From Podarcis bocagei (lineage: Eukaryota), in the NCBI GenBank assembly GCA_964188305.1, contig OZ076885.1: a stretch of DNA of 64,000 nucleotides. One strand, 5' to 3'. The notes below the pieces were generated by a model. The model saw only the letters and a program-made list of their open reading frames with translations, was not told the origin of the DNA and ran no database searches. A program made the translations under genes and the position numbers. This document shows, piece after piece, positions 11,502 to 23,017 of this stretch (its first letter is position 1; each line of letters opens with the position of its first letter).

Positions 11502-13873
11502 TTTTTTTTATAATAATATTTATTACTTTTACAACAATTTAAACACTTACAAAAGAAAAAACAATACATTATAATACAAAAACACTACATAAAAATTAAC
11601 AAACCAAATCAAAAACACTTTAAGAACACATCAAAAGAAAGAAGAAGAAGAAAAAGAAGAAAAAAACTTCCAATATCTTATCTTTCTTTCCCATATTTCC
11701 ATGGCCTCCTCACACCTCCCTTTTTGTATTCCACTTCTATTAATTATTTCAGCAATTCCTTACCATCTTCCCCTGTTTTCTATCCTATAATTATCTTAAC
11801 ACCTTTTAACCTTATTTTCCTTTAATACTCTATTAATCTATTTATACTTAATTCCTTAAAACATTTCTACTGAAGCCATATAATTTCCTCCCAACATTCT
11901 TCTAACATTCATTAATTTTACAATATTTCTATAAATAGTCTTTAAACTTTTCCCAGTCTTCTTCCACCGACTCTTCTCCCTGGTCTCGGATCTTGCTAGT
12001 CTTTTCTGCCAATTCCGTCTAGTCCATCAATGTCATCTGCCATTATCCAACACTTCAGTGCTTTTGAGAGACAGCCATTCTCTCAGCCAGCAAAAAGCAG
12101 ATGATTCACAACAAAGTTTAGGTGTCTGGCAGGGCAGGTCCACCTCCTTCTTTAGCATCCGTCAATATCTTAAGTTTTACTCGAGGCTTCCTGCCCTGCC
12201 AAACCAATCCAGGAACATCCCTCTGCCACCTCCTGAAACAATCCCTCCCATCCAAAACTTGCACTTTTTGACACAAAAGCAACATCCCTGGCAACACAGC
12301 AACCCTCATCCCCACCACAACAGCTCGGCCCAACCATAACAACTTCAGATTTGTCCATATTTCCCAATCCCCCTTCTCTTCAACCCAACGTCCTTCACAG
12401 TTACCCTTAAGTAAATTCACATTTTTGGCGGTCCTACTGACCCCCCAAAATCTCTCTTTCTCAGCCAATGTTGATCCTGTCTCCTCCTGAAGCTCTGTCA
12501 AACTTTCCTTTCCCAGTTCTGGTGGGGTTCTGATCCTCAAATTCATCTGTTTTTCTTTAAGCTCCATCATAGCAAATGTCAGCTTATATTCGTCAAGTTG
12601 CTTTTGAATGCATGGGGCTCTCTCACACTCCAATTGTGTTGTTTTACATTCAGCAGCAAAGGTTTTCTCCCTGACTTCATCCGCAGTTTGCCGTATTAAA
12701 GTAGATTCCTGTGTCAATTTCTGGGTGGTTTCTGTGTTGGTGTTCACCTTTTGTCCCAGATTATTTAAACTTTCTACAATTAAATCAATTTTATTATTTT
12801 CAGTGTCCGCTTTCACTTTCATCACTTCTGTTTTTTTGTGAAGCTGTTCCAGCGAGTCATTTATTTTCAATAATGCGACCACTAAGGCCTCTTCTGTTGA
12901 CATTTCATCTGTTCTTTCCTTTTCGTTTGCCATAACACTTAAGAGATTCAAGGTCAATCCCAGAGTCACACAGTTTTTATCTTGCAGCTGGAAACTCCCC
13001 TAGCCGAGCTCTAATGAAGTAACCATTTTCAGAAACTTCCACTAGGGGGAAACAGTTTCTATTTATAATAGCAAGAATGTCACCTTTAAGCGCAACTCGT
13101 ACAATCCAAAGTTAGTTTCAGTTTTCAGTTACTTTATTACTCCTTTTTAGAAGCAGCCGGAGACAGTAGAAACAATATATCTCTCTTACTCTGCTAGCTG
13201 TCAAGGAACGTTCTAAGTGCTGTCAATGGACATTCCAAAACGTCAGTCATACTAGCAGCCCGTTTCTAGGGTCAGAGCGGCAGTATTTTAACTCTCTTTA
13301 CTCTCTCCTGCAGGCATACTCAGTCCACAGCTTCCCCCCTCTTCTCCTGCCTCCAAGGGGGATTTTATACTCTTTACCGATGGAAATTTATTTTTTTACA
13401 AAAGGCTTTCCAAGACTTCAGCTTACAGACTCCTTGCCTCAGTCTATTTACAAATAGGAAAGTCGGACTTCCTGTTTTGAACCTCCCCGTTTCGATGCCA
13501 AATTAAACTTCTAAAATCCGATTCTCCCGTATCAGCTCTACTCACGGGTAATTACTTTTAGAGTCCAATTGTCCACAGGAAAAAGTCAGTGCTCTCCAGC
13601 AACAGCTATGCGGCTTCGCTCCGTGGAAGAAGCAGACGATTCAAAGCACTGCGCCACTCACCCCACATCACTCCGGGTCCCCGAAATCGGGTTCCCCCGC
13701 GAGTAGGGGAGGCGCAAAAGGTGCCCGCCGAATCCTACGTTCACAGGCTTCTCCCGCCTGTGATTTTTACAGGTCTCCGCCTTCGCTGCGGCGGTACAGA
13801 CCCAAATTCCCACGGGGCAAGTTCCTCCCGATCAGAGGAACTCCGCCATTGCCAGAGGCACCAACCCGGAAGA
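11502..13873 (-). mobile_element. Internally deleted L1 element with full 5' end (5'UTR, ORF1 N-terminus, ORF2 pieces, 3'UTR, polyA)
   Basis: 17-bp TSD CCCTCCAGATGTTTTGA (11485-11501, 13874-13890); T-run tail at 11502; 5' end tcttccgggttggtgcctctggcaatggcgg; ORF1 coiled coil plus NLRIRxxPE; ORF2 motif WQGRKPRVKLKILTDAKEGGG.LP. Confidence 0.88.
12118..12933 (-). pseudogene. Chimeric L1 ORF1-ORF2 reading frame created by internal deletion
   Basis: ATG at 12933 (MANEKERT...); coiled-coil ORF1 up to NLRIRTPPE, continuing in frame into an ORF2 post-RT motif; stop at 12118. Confidence 0.7.
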
Positions 13874-14669
13874 CCCTCCAGATGTTTTGAGACTACAATT
13901 CCCACCATCCCTGACCACTGGTCCTGCTAGCTAGGGATCATGGGAGTTGTAGGCCAAAAACAGCTGGAGGGCCGAGGTTGAGGAAGCCTGATTTAGGATT
14001 CCCCAAATCCTTCAACTCCCCTCCGTCCTTCCATGGTTACCATTGTCAATCTTTTCCCAACTGCTTCTCTTATTTTCTCTCTATTTTTTTTAAACAGTCC
14101 ATTTTAACCATAGTTTTTAATACATTACAAGCATTACTCAAATCCTGCCAAAGTTTTTAGTTGTTTACAGTGTTCTCTTAAATACATTATAATTTCCCCC
14201 CCATTCCTTCTCAAAGTTCTTTTCTTTCTGGTTTCTGACTTTCCCGGTCTGTTTCGCCATTTCGGCATAGTCCATCATCTTCATCAGCCATTCATCTCTG
14301 GTCAGGACTTTGTCTTCTTTCCATCCCTGGGCCAGTAATATCCGCACTGCTGTCGTTGCATACATAAATAATCATTTCTGCTTCTTTGGTATCTCTGCAC
14401 CTAAAATTCCTAATAAAAAAGCCTCTGGTCCCCCCCCCCAACATTATTTTAAACACGTTTTCAACTCATTATAAATCATTTCTCAGAATGCTTTTGTTAT
14501 CTTGCACGTCCACCACATGTGCTAGAACATGCCTTCCTTCTCCTTACATTTCCAAGAAATATTTGAAGCAGTTCTATACATTTTTGCTAATTTTACCGGC
14601 ATTAAATACCATCGGTACATCATTTCCATACATGTGCTAGACTTTCCTACCAGGAGAGACAGTCAAATA

Positions 14670-14903
14670 CAGTGGCACCTGTGGCTGCGAACTGGATCTG
14701 CTCCGGAGGCCCGTTCGCGACCTGAAAGGAATGCAACCTGCGCCTGCGTGGGTCGTGATTCGCCAGTTCTGCGCATGCGTGTGACGTCATTTTGCGTGTC
14801 TGTGCATGTGCGAGTGGCGAAACCCGGAAGTAACCCTTTCCGATACTTCCGTGTTGCCGCGGGACGCAACCTGAAAACGCTCAACCTGAAGCAGACATAA
14901 CTG
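14670..14903. mobile_element. Tc1/mariner MITE with CpG-rich, promoter-motif-rich interior
   Basis: TA|CAGTGGCACC start, CTG|TA end, aacctgaa subterminal repeats as in 3101-3694; right TIR eroded. Confidence 0.7.
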
Positions 14904-15734
14904 TATCCTGATCCACACTGACTCCCTTACTCTCAAACAGTTCTACGTTGAACTTGGTAAAACTACTGAAGAAAACTGAATTTGGAAGTTCTCAGGCTTT
15001 TAATGACCAGCTGCAAAAAGATAAATATATTTGCTAATTTCTTTTGGTGTTGGCTTCCAACCCACAAGACTTACATAAGTATTAAGCCTCAGTGTGCAGC
15101 CATGTGCCAGGTTCCTGTCCCACTGTGCTTTAAGCACCCCATGCACTTTGTATCAAATGTATTCATAACACAAAGGACAAAGGCTGCTTGTGAACTGGAG
15201 TTTACTTTATCAGAATAGATCACATTTTGATGTAAGCCCTTAAAAATTCTAATTGATTAATGAGTTTCAGATGGCGGTTCGCCTTCTTCCTCCCCACTCC
15301 TCCTTCCCTTTAACATGTGCAGCATGCTTCCAGCTAATCTGGGAGAGTTCCAGAACTCTGGGCTAAATTGGTTGCAGTATGGTTTATATGGATAATAAAA
15401 TAACTAGAGAGAAAAGATTGAATTTCCTTGCAGAAATATAATTGTTCTTGCTGAATATGAGCGAGCTTATGTGTTATCCAGTTATTTGTTATTGTTGTGG
15501 GAGCGGAAATAACCATTAAGATTATCCATCTTGTGTACCCTCAATGTAGTTAGAGTTAATTTGTATTTTCTTATATTTTATTCTCTGGCGTAGCCTAAGT
15601 TCCAAGGATAACTTGAACAGCAGGCTCTTTGTAAAGAGTATTCTAGTCCTTCAGTGGCTGCACAGATGCCGTATTGTCTTCCACTCTCAGTATAAGGTGG
15701 TGGAGTTGATCTATAACCAATATTTGCTCAGTGT

Positions 15735-15905
15735 AGAGATGGAAAAAAATGTCAATTTCAGTTCTCTAAAGTTCTCATTTTCCTAGTATTAAATTCAGTC
15801 CTCAACATTTCCACATTTTTTTAAACCCTCATGAAAATTTGTCAGCATTTTAATGTGCATTCCTCCTAATAAACATATTTTTGTATGCATTTTTAACTAA
15901 TGGAG
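15735..15905 (-). mobile_element. Fragment of an AT-rich non-autonomous DNA element family (related copies ~30000-30530, ~33010-33720, ~41880-42225)
   Basis: Shared motifs on the opposite strand: gctgacaaattttcatgag, atgtggaaatg, ctgaattta; ends resemble TAGGGATG / CATCCCTA. Confidence 0.55.
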
Positions 15906-18596
15906 ACATGTCCCTGATTGTCTTGTATCTTACTTTGGTACTTCAGGGGCCAATGGAATAACTTTTTTTTTTACCCTTTGGGACCTCCTTTTTCCATTGG
16001 AACCCTCCCACCTCCTTAATGAAGATCGGGGGGGGGGGGAGTTGCTTCATAGGGCTTCTTCGAAGGAACAGTAGTTGCTTCCTGTTCCTAAGGAGCCCCA
16101 CCTAAGAGGAGCCACTTTAAATTTAAGAAAATTAGAAAATGTGCCTCTATTTCAGCAGGTTTTCAGTTACTGATGTTTGCCTCTGCTGTTTTGTACTCCC
16201 AGTATTATTCTTTCCTAACATTTCTAGTATTATTTATATGGGTTTGTGTTTCTGCGTTTCTGTAGCATTATAGTTTATGACAGTGTCATAGTATGCTTTT
16301 GGTGCTTTTTTGGCAGAAAACTATTACAACTGCTAGAAATAAATAAAGGTCTGGCTTTAATTCTGTTCGCTAAGAAAGTCTAACGTTTTGAGATTCTCAT
16401 CTTCCATTTCCCTCTGCCTTCCCTCTGATAACTTAATATAGCATAAGGGGCTGCCTTATATTGAGCCAGCCAAATGGCCCATGCGGTCTGGTGCTGTCTT
16501 TTCTGTCTGGCAGCAGCTTAGTGAGGTCTAGTAAAGAGATTGGAAATTCGGCCCTTTAGATGCCATTAGACTACAACTCCCATCATATCTGACAAATGGG
16601 GTTGATAGGGATTAGAGTGTAACAACATCTGGAAGGCCACAAGTTCCAGAATCACTTGGAACATACAGAAAAGCTCCAATAAAATTAATAAAAGCCACCA
16701 ACTAAAAACATCTTGTGCTGTTATCGTTTAAGAATTATTGGACACCAACATTTTATTCGGTCCTGGAAAGAATAAATGTGATGCAGCCCCTGCTGAGATG
16801 TTTGGGATTGAACCATGGCCCTCCTGCCTATGCTCTACCACTGAGCTGCAACAATCCTCTCTCTTGTTCTGTGTGCCTCGGCTTATCAAACTTCTTGTTC
16901 TTCTCGCTAGTCAGCTTTCCTGGGCCATCATTCCACTCTCCATCTATTGGTTTTCTTCACTCAGGCTTTGACCTGCAATGGATCTGCCTCTGTTACTCCA
17001 CTCCCTGCCTGGACATACTGCTTCCTGTGTGCTCAGCTACCTATGGCTCCGATTTACAGTAAATAAACATAGCCATTATGGCTAGTAGCCATTGACCGCC
17101 CGAGACGCCATGATGTTATTTGCATCAAAGTACCTCATGTGAAAGTTATAACTGGGGTTGCATCTAAATTTTTGGACTGAATCCAAGGTGATGTGTACAC
17201 GTTGCCTAGATGCATAACTTGCTCTTAGAAGCAAAACCTTGGTTTGTTCATCATTAGGAGCTGTTGGCAATGTTATCCTGCCTGCGTAAGCCTCCGTTTG
17301 TGTGGAGATTCAAATCTCCTTACAACAATAATTACATTAGCTAATCTATATACATTGTGTGAGCACAATGTAAGTACTGTTTTATGAATATCGGATCCCC
17401 ACGTCTCTCTCACTTCCAGCAACCTTCTTGGCAAGTTGCGGCATAGAACTGCAAAATGTGTGATTTTTCCTCATTTCTGTTTGAAAAGAAATCCATCAAC
17501 GCTGCAAACCAAACCAGGAGAGAGACAAAGAGTCAGAAGAGTTTTGCTCTTTTCTAATGCCCTTTCTGTGTTAATGAGAACTAGCAGGGATAGCAGAAAC
17601 TTATGTTAGACGCGGCTGAACTTCACTTTGGCTTCTGATCCCTCTCTGCTCATTTCTTTCCAAAATGGATGCTCTCCAACGTTGTTACTGTGCAAGCCAA
17701 AGATTCTCTGCACTTGCAGCTGGTACCCCCCTCTGTTTAATTAGTGTGGTTGCTGCTGTGCTGCTCTGCAGCTTTTAGTCACTTTCTGAAAAGGATCTCT
17801 TCTTGTTTTCCCCCAGTGGCATATAACTAGGGCTGGCCAGTCTAGCGTCTGCTTGACACACAGGACTGTACCGTGGCCTCAAAAGTCCATGCACCATATT
17901 TACAGTTATTAAAGCAATCTTAAATTATGTAAACTTTCCCTCTTTGACAGTTTAGAGACTGATTAGAGATACGTTCAAGGCAGACGATGAAAAGCAAAGC
18001 TTGCTGGGAGGCTCAGTTCAGGCCACGGGCCAGGCAGAATGATACAGTTGCAGCTGTTGCTCACTACTGTGAGCTGGGTTCATTGCAGGGAATCACCACA
18101 GCAGTACTTTTAAAAGGCACGCAGCCAGTCTCCACTTGCTTAATCACAATAAATGGTTCAGAGGAAGGATACCTCTGGCAGGTGCAATAGTGTTCTACTT
18201 CTTAAAGTAATGGGATTCTAGTCCACAGTGAATCTTGCAGCCTCAAATATTATGAATTGCATTCCAAAAGATTGACCCTTAAAAGCTATTTATTATATGG
18301 TCCTTGTTTTGGGGTGTACATCCCCTCCCACCCCCATAACATAGGATGCTAACTAATGCTAGGCTATGCAATCTGCCCCCATTTAGCCCAGTATTGCCTA
18401 ATCTGGCTTTCTGCCAGAAATATTTGCTTTCACCTGCTATTAGGTCTTTAAAAAACAACAAACAAAAACCTGGAAGTGCCAGCATTTGAATCTGTGACCC
18501 AATAGGCATGCAAACCATGCACTCTGTTTTTCAGCTATGGTCTTTCTAGTGGGATAACCTGGAAAATGCTTCTGTGATCCACACAGAATTGGCTAA

Positions 18597-18779
18597 GGGC
18601 CTATTTCACTGCACATTTAAGGTGGGATCATATCACTTTAAAGATTCATGAATCCAAAGAATCCAGGGAGATATAGTTTTGACACTCGACACCCTTAACA
18701 AACTTCATTTCCCAGGATTCTTTGGGGGGAAGCCATGCCTTTTAATATTATGCTTTAAATATATAGTGCAGGTGTGGCC
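18597..18779. mobile_element. PIF/Harbinger-like MITE (relatives ~23050-23350 and ~59610-59780)
   Basis: TAA flanks on both sides; inverted ends cactgcacatttaa / ttaaatatatagtgca; internal ttcccaggattctttggggggaagccatg shared with the other copies. Confidence 0.6.
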
Positions 18780-19954
18780 TAAACCTGTAATGTTCCACTG
18801 CTGCTGGTCTAATACTCCAATTTATGGACAAATGTAACCCAGATTAGTTGATAGTTTATGCCAATACCACATCCTCCCTTGGTTGAGGAAGTGGATGCTG
18901 TCTACCCCACCCTGATTGATACGACTTGTGCTTTTATAGTTGACAAATGGTGGAGGCCAGGGCTGCGTAGTGGCTAAGAATGTGAAGTAGGAAGTCTCTG
19001 GCTGAAATCTGTCATGAGGGACACAGCTGGCATTAAAAATGCCACCTCAGCTTCATCCCTCCCCTTTCCTGTTTGCGGTATAGAGATAACAATACTGGGC
19101 CAGTTTACAGCATTGTTTGAAGGATCACAATGTATAGGAAAAGCTTTGAACACTCAAAAGTTCTATTTAAATGTTAACATTCATTGCAGTTCAGATTAGC
19201 GGGTGATGGATAACACAACATTCAGCTTGTAGTTTGTGCATTATGATTGGTTTTGTAAGATTCACCTTTGATACAAGGAGAAAGTGCCTGAGCAAGAGGT
19301 AGTTATTTAGCATTGGGGGTGATAAATAGTGAAATACTGTTCATGTCTATTTAAAAGTAAGTTCAACTGGATTCACAGCAATGGGACTTACTCCCAGGTA
19401 AGTAGGTATAGGATTACATAGGAGTGTGATGTAAGGTACCAAACCTACGTCATTGGTCACTGCATACGTAGGACTAAATTGAAAAGATAATTTGCACATT
19501 ATCTGCTGTTACCAAGTCCTTGAACAAACCAGTTTCTTCCACCCGTATGTGGCTTTAATCCACAGTTGATATGATTATTATTTTTTTAAAAAAATATCTT
19601 GCAAATTAGTGCCAACAAAAAACAACCACCACAACCCAACTTGGCTGCATGATAGCAAATGGTCACCTGACCTCTCTTGCTTACCCCTGGCGATTACTGA
19701 CAAACATCAGCAGACAGTTTAAATTACTGGGCTGGCAAGCTACTGGGCTGAGCTACAATACACAGAAGACTAAATGCAGTACTGTCTAGCAACATAAAAA
19801 CCTCACTGTTTGGTGGGAGTGAATGGGGAGGAATGCAACCTTCCAGCTTGTTGAAACTGTTACATGCCATTAGGTGTACTGTAAACTATCCTGCCCCAAA
19901 TCCTTTACTCAGACAATAAGGCTAAGAATTAGAGATGCTTTGTTACTATCCGAG

Positions 19955-20110
19955 AGGTGGGGCGGAGGGAAAGAGAGGGAACACATGGCATAAATAGGAG
20001 GTGCAGCTCAACTGTGTGTAAATAAAGTCCTGTTCCCAGTAAAACTCCATTGTGAAGGAAGCATGAAGAGGGGCCTGTTACTGAAGTATTAAGACACTGA
20101 AGAGGTAAGT
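19955..20110 (+). promoter_or_regulatory. Candidate alternative GAS2 promoter/first exon
   Basis: GC box ggggcggag (~19959), TATA-like cataaata (~19989), and consensus donor GAG|GTAAGT at 20102-20110, in order, 6.5 kb upstream of the first coding exon. Confidence 0.4.
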
Positions 20111-20115
20111 ATGTC

Positions 20116-20235
20116 AAGGGAGGGTTTTTAATGTTTGAGGTTTTTCCTGTGCTTTAACATTTTGTTGGAAGCAGCCCAGAGTGACTGGGGTGACTCAGTC
20201 AGATGGGCAGCATATAAATAGGAAAGTTGTTGTTG
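20116..20235 (+). mobile_element. L2 3' end fragment
   Basis: ttggaagcagcccagagtgactggggtgactcagtcagatgggc tail followed by (TTG)n. Confidence 0.65.
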
Positions 20236-20400
20236 TTGGTCTTTATTTGCTGGACTGAGGTAGTTTATCATATGTCACAATTTCTCTAGAAGCATACCGT
20301 CTTTACCTAAGTGTGTAATGTGTTTATTTTTGAGAAGTCCTATTCATCTTAAAATCCAGAACCACATGAGGGTATTCTGCAGTTTGATCTTGAAATTCAT

Positions 20401-20551
20401 CATAGAATCATAGAATTGTAGAGTTGGAAGGGACCTAAGGGTCATTTAGTCCAACCCTCTGTAATTCAAGAATATGCAGCTTCCCCAGATGGAGATCAAA
20501 CCTGTGACCTTGGTGGTATCAGCACCATGCTCTAACCAACTGAGCTAAACC
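20401..20551 (-). mobile_element. SINE with tRNA-Ile-like head and CR1 3' tail
   Basis: Reverse strand tagctcagttggttagagcatggtgctgata..ccaaggtcacaggtttgatc, then ggttggactaaatgacc..ggtcccttccaactctacaattctatgattctatg. Confidence 0.75.
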
Positions 20552-20754
20552 ACTGTCATGTGCTTGCCAGTTTCCTGAGTGGTTCCACTGAAGATCTGAG
20601 CATATAAGGGAGCATATAAGCAAGTGGATGTGGACAAGCAAGATTGGGGTTGAAATCCCTGCTTAGTTGTAGTGAATGACCTTGGGTTGTTGTGAGGATA
20701 AAGGTGGGTGAACTCACATGCATGCTCTCTTCGGCTCTTTGAGATATGTGATAA

Positions 20755-21450
20755 TAAGAACATTGGAAGAGTTCTCATGGACTAATGGCCCATCTAGTCT
20801 GGCATCCTGTTTCCCATAGTGGCTAACCAGATGCCTATGGGAAGCCCACAAGCAGAATGTGAGCACAGTAGCTTTCTCCTCACTCATATTCCACAGCAAC
20901 TGGTATTTGGAGGCATGCCACCATCATCTCTTGTAGCCTTATCCTCCATGAATTTGTCTCTCCCTCTCTTAAAGTTATCCAAGTTGGTGACCATCACTAC
21001 ATCTGGTGGGGGCAAATTCCATACTTTAACTATGTGTTGCATGAAGACATGGTTTCTTTTACCTGTCCCAAATCTTCAAACATTCAGCTCCATTGAATAA
21101 CTTCCAATTCTGGTATTATGGGAGAGGGAGGAAAGCTTTTGTCTTGGATGACCACCTGTCATGGATGCTTTAGCTGAGATTCCTGCATTGCAGGGCGTTG
21201 GACTAGATGACCCTTGGGTCATTTCCAACTCAAGATTTTATGATTCTATGCACTTTCTCCATGCTACATAATTTTATGCATCTCTACAATGACGTCCCTT
21301 GTTTGCCTTTTTAAAACACACACACACACGTTTCCTCATAGGGGATCTGCTCTAGCCCCTTGCTTATTTAGTTTGCCCTTTTCTGAACCTTTCCTGCTCT
21401 TTAATAAACTTGCTAAAACGTGGCAACCAGAAGTGCACACATTATTTTAT
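20755..21450 (-). mobile_element. CR1 LINE 3' fragment containing an opposite-strand CR1 tail (21145-21250)
   Basis: atgaatttgtc, ccaagttggtgaccatcactacatc, aaattccatacttt CR1 motifs; the insert ends ttccaactcaagattttatgattctatg. Confidence 0.65.
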
Positions 21451-21774
21451 GGTTGCACCATAGAAATAAAATTTGAACTGATGAACTGTAGCAAAATTAA
21501 ATGAAGTAAAACTTTTGCTATTAGTCTCGTAGGATTTTAAGTTCTCCAGCATAAAAATATCACCTTGGTAAGCTATCCTGAACACCTTGAAATAAGAGTA
21601 GAACATAACTCAAATAATAATGGGCAGTATCCAATCCTGGTCATGCTCAGAGCAGACCCACTGGAATCAATGGACCTTAATCCACCCCTTAATGACTAGC
21701 ATGGCGAGCTTTCAGGTGAGTAACAGCAATGCAGAACAGTTTGCCCAATGTATTTAACTCTAAGCATAAATGCA

Positions 21775-21975
21775 CCGACTTTCTGACAGTAAGAGCTGTT
21801 CAGCAGTGGAACAGACTCTCATGAGAGGTGGTGGACTCTCCTTCCCTGGAGGTTTTTAAACAGAGGTTGGATAGCCATCTGTCATGGATGCTTTAGCTGA
21901 GATTCCTGCATTGCAGGGGGTTGGACTAGATGACTCTTGGGTCCCTTCCAACTCTAAGATTCTGTGATTCCATGA
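21775..21975 (+). mobile_element. CR1 LINE 3' end
   Basis: gacagtaagagctgttcagcagtggaacagact...gtggactctccttccctggaggtttttaaacagagg...ggtcccttccaactctaagattctgtgattc. Confidence 0.85.
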
Positions 21976-21980
21976 TATTA

Positions 21981-23017
21981 GTGGACCACATCTGAGAGCT
22001 GCGATGAAAAGAATGCTGTAGGTGCTACTATGTTCAGTTTAGTAGCATCAATGTTTATCATTTTTGTGGTTTGTAACAAACGAGAAGGGAAATAGTTACA
22101 ATAGGCTAAAGTTACATGAGGGTAGATTTGGGTTGAACATTAGGAGAAACATATTGACAGCAAGAGCAATTAAGCCAATGTATTAATGACCAAGGGGCTG
22201 ATGGGTTCTGCCTTGCTGGACTGCTTGTGTTGCCAATGATCTAACCCTAGATTTCCTGCATCAAACTGAGGATTGTTCTAGGTAGTCTACAGGCTCTGTT
22301 CCAGCTCAGTGATTCTATGACTCTATTTTGTGAGTTCTGTCCATAAAACATGGTAACTTATGTTCTGGACAGAGTTTGACCACATTAAGTCCAAATCTGT
22401 CCTCCTTCCATTGCTTTTGCTTTCAGTTCCAGAAATGAATGGTTGCGTATGGGAGAAGAGTTTATGAAGGCAACAAAGGTAAACCAACCAGTAGTGTTGG
22501 TGGACCACATCTGAGAGCTGCGATGAAAAGAATGCTGTAGGTGCTACTATGTTCAGTTTAGTAGCATCAATGTTTATCATTTTTGTGGTTTGTAACAAAC
22601 GAGAAGGGAAATAGTTACAATAGGCTAAAGTTACATGAGGGTAGATTTGGGTTGAACATTAGGAGAAACATATTGACAGCAAGAGCAATTAAGCCAATGT
22701 ATTAATGACCAAGGGGCTGATGGGTTCTGCCTTGCTGGACTGCTTGTGTTGCCAATGATCTAACCCTAGATTTCCTGCATCAAACTGAGGATTGTTCTAG
22801 GTAGTCTACAGGCTCTGTTCCAGCTCAGTGATTCTATGACTCTATTTTGTGAGTTCTGTCCATAAAACATGGTAACTTATGTTCTGGACAGAGTTTGACC
22901 ACATTAAGTCCAAATCTGTCCTCCTTCCATTGCTTTTGCTTTCAGTTCCAGAAATGAATGGTTGCGTATGGGAGAAGAGTTTATGAAGGCAACAAAGGTA
23001 AACCAACCAGTAGTGTT
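21981..23017 (+). repeat. Direct tandem duplication of 518 bp (21981-22498 and 22500-23017), includes an old CR1 tail
   Basis: Both copies start gtggaccacatctgagagctgcg and end aaaccaaccagtagtgtt; period 519; no mismatch noticed by eye. Confidence 0.95.

Larger units (their letters stand above)
11466..13990. mobile_element. hAT MITE split by an L1-derived insertion
   Basis: TIRs caggcttccgcaacctcggccctccag / ctggagggccgaggttgaggaagcctg; TSD ATTTAGAA / ATTTAGGA (11458-11465, 13991-13998). Confidence 0.88.
11385..14660 (-). mobile_element. Older L1 3' fragment (11385-11457 and 13999-14660) hosting nested insertions
   Basis: ORF2 C-terminus HMWWTC... and MYATTAVRILLAQGWKEDKVLTRDEWLMKMMDYAEMAK (ORF 14165-14365); A-rich 3' end lies on the far side of the MITE. 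Confidence 0.75.

Noticed and set aside
12118-12969. 283-aa coiled-coil ORF as a host gene
   Set aside because: Carries L1 ORF1 and ORF2 motifs and lies inside a polyA-tailed insert with a 17-bp TSD.
20480-20551. Functional tRNA-Ile gene
   Set aside because: The B box and stems are degenerate and it is fused to a CR1 tail, so it is a SINE head.
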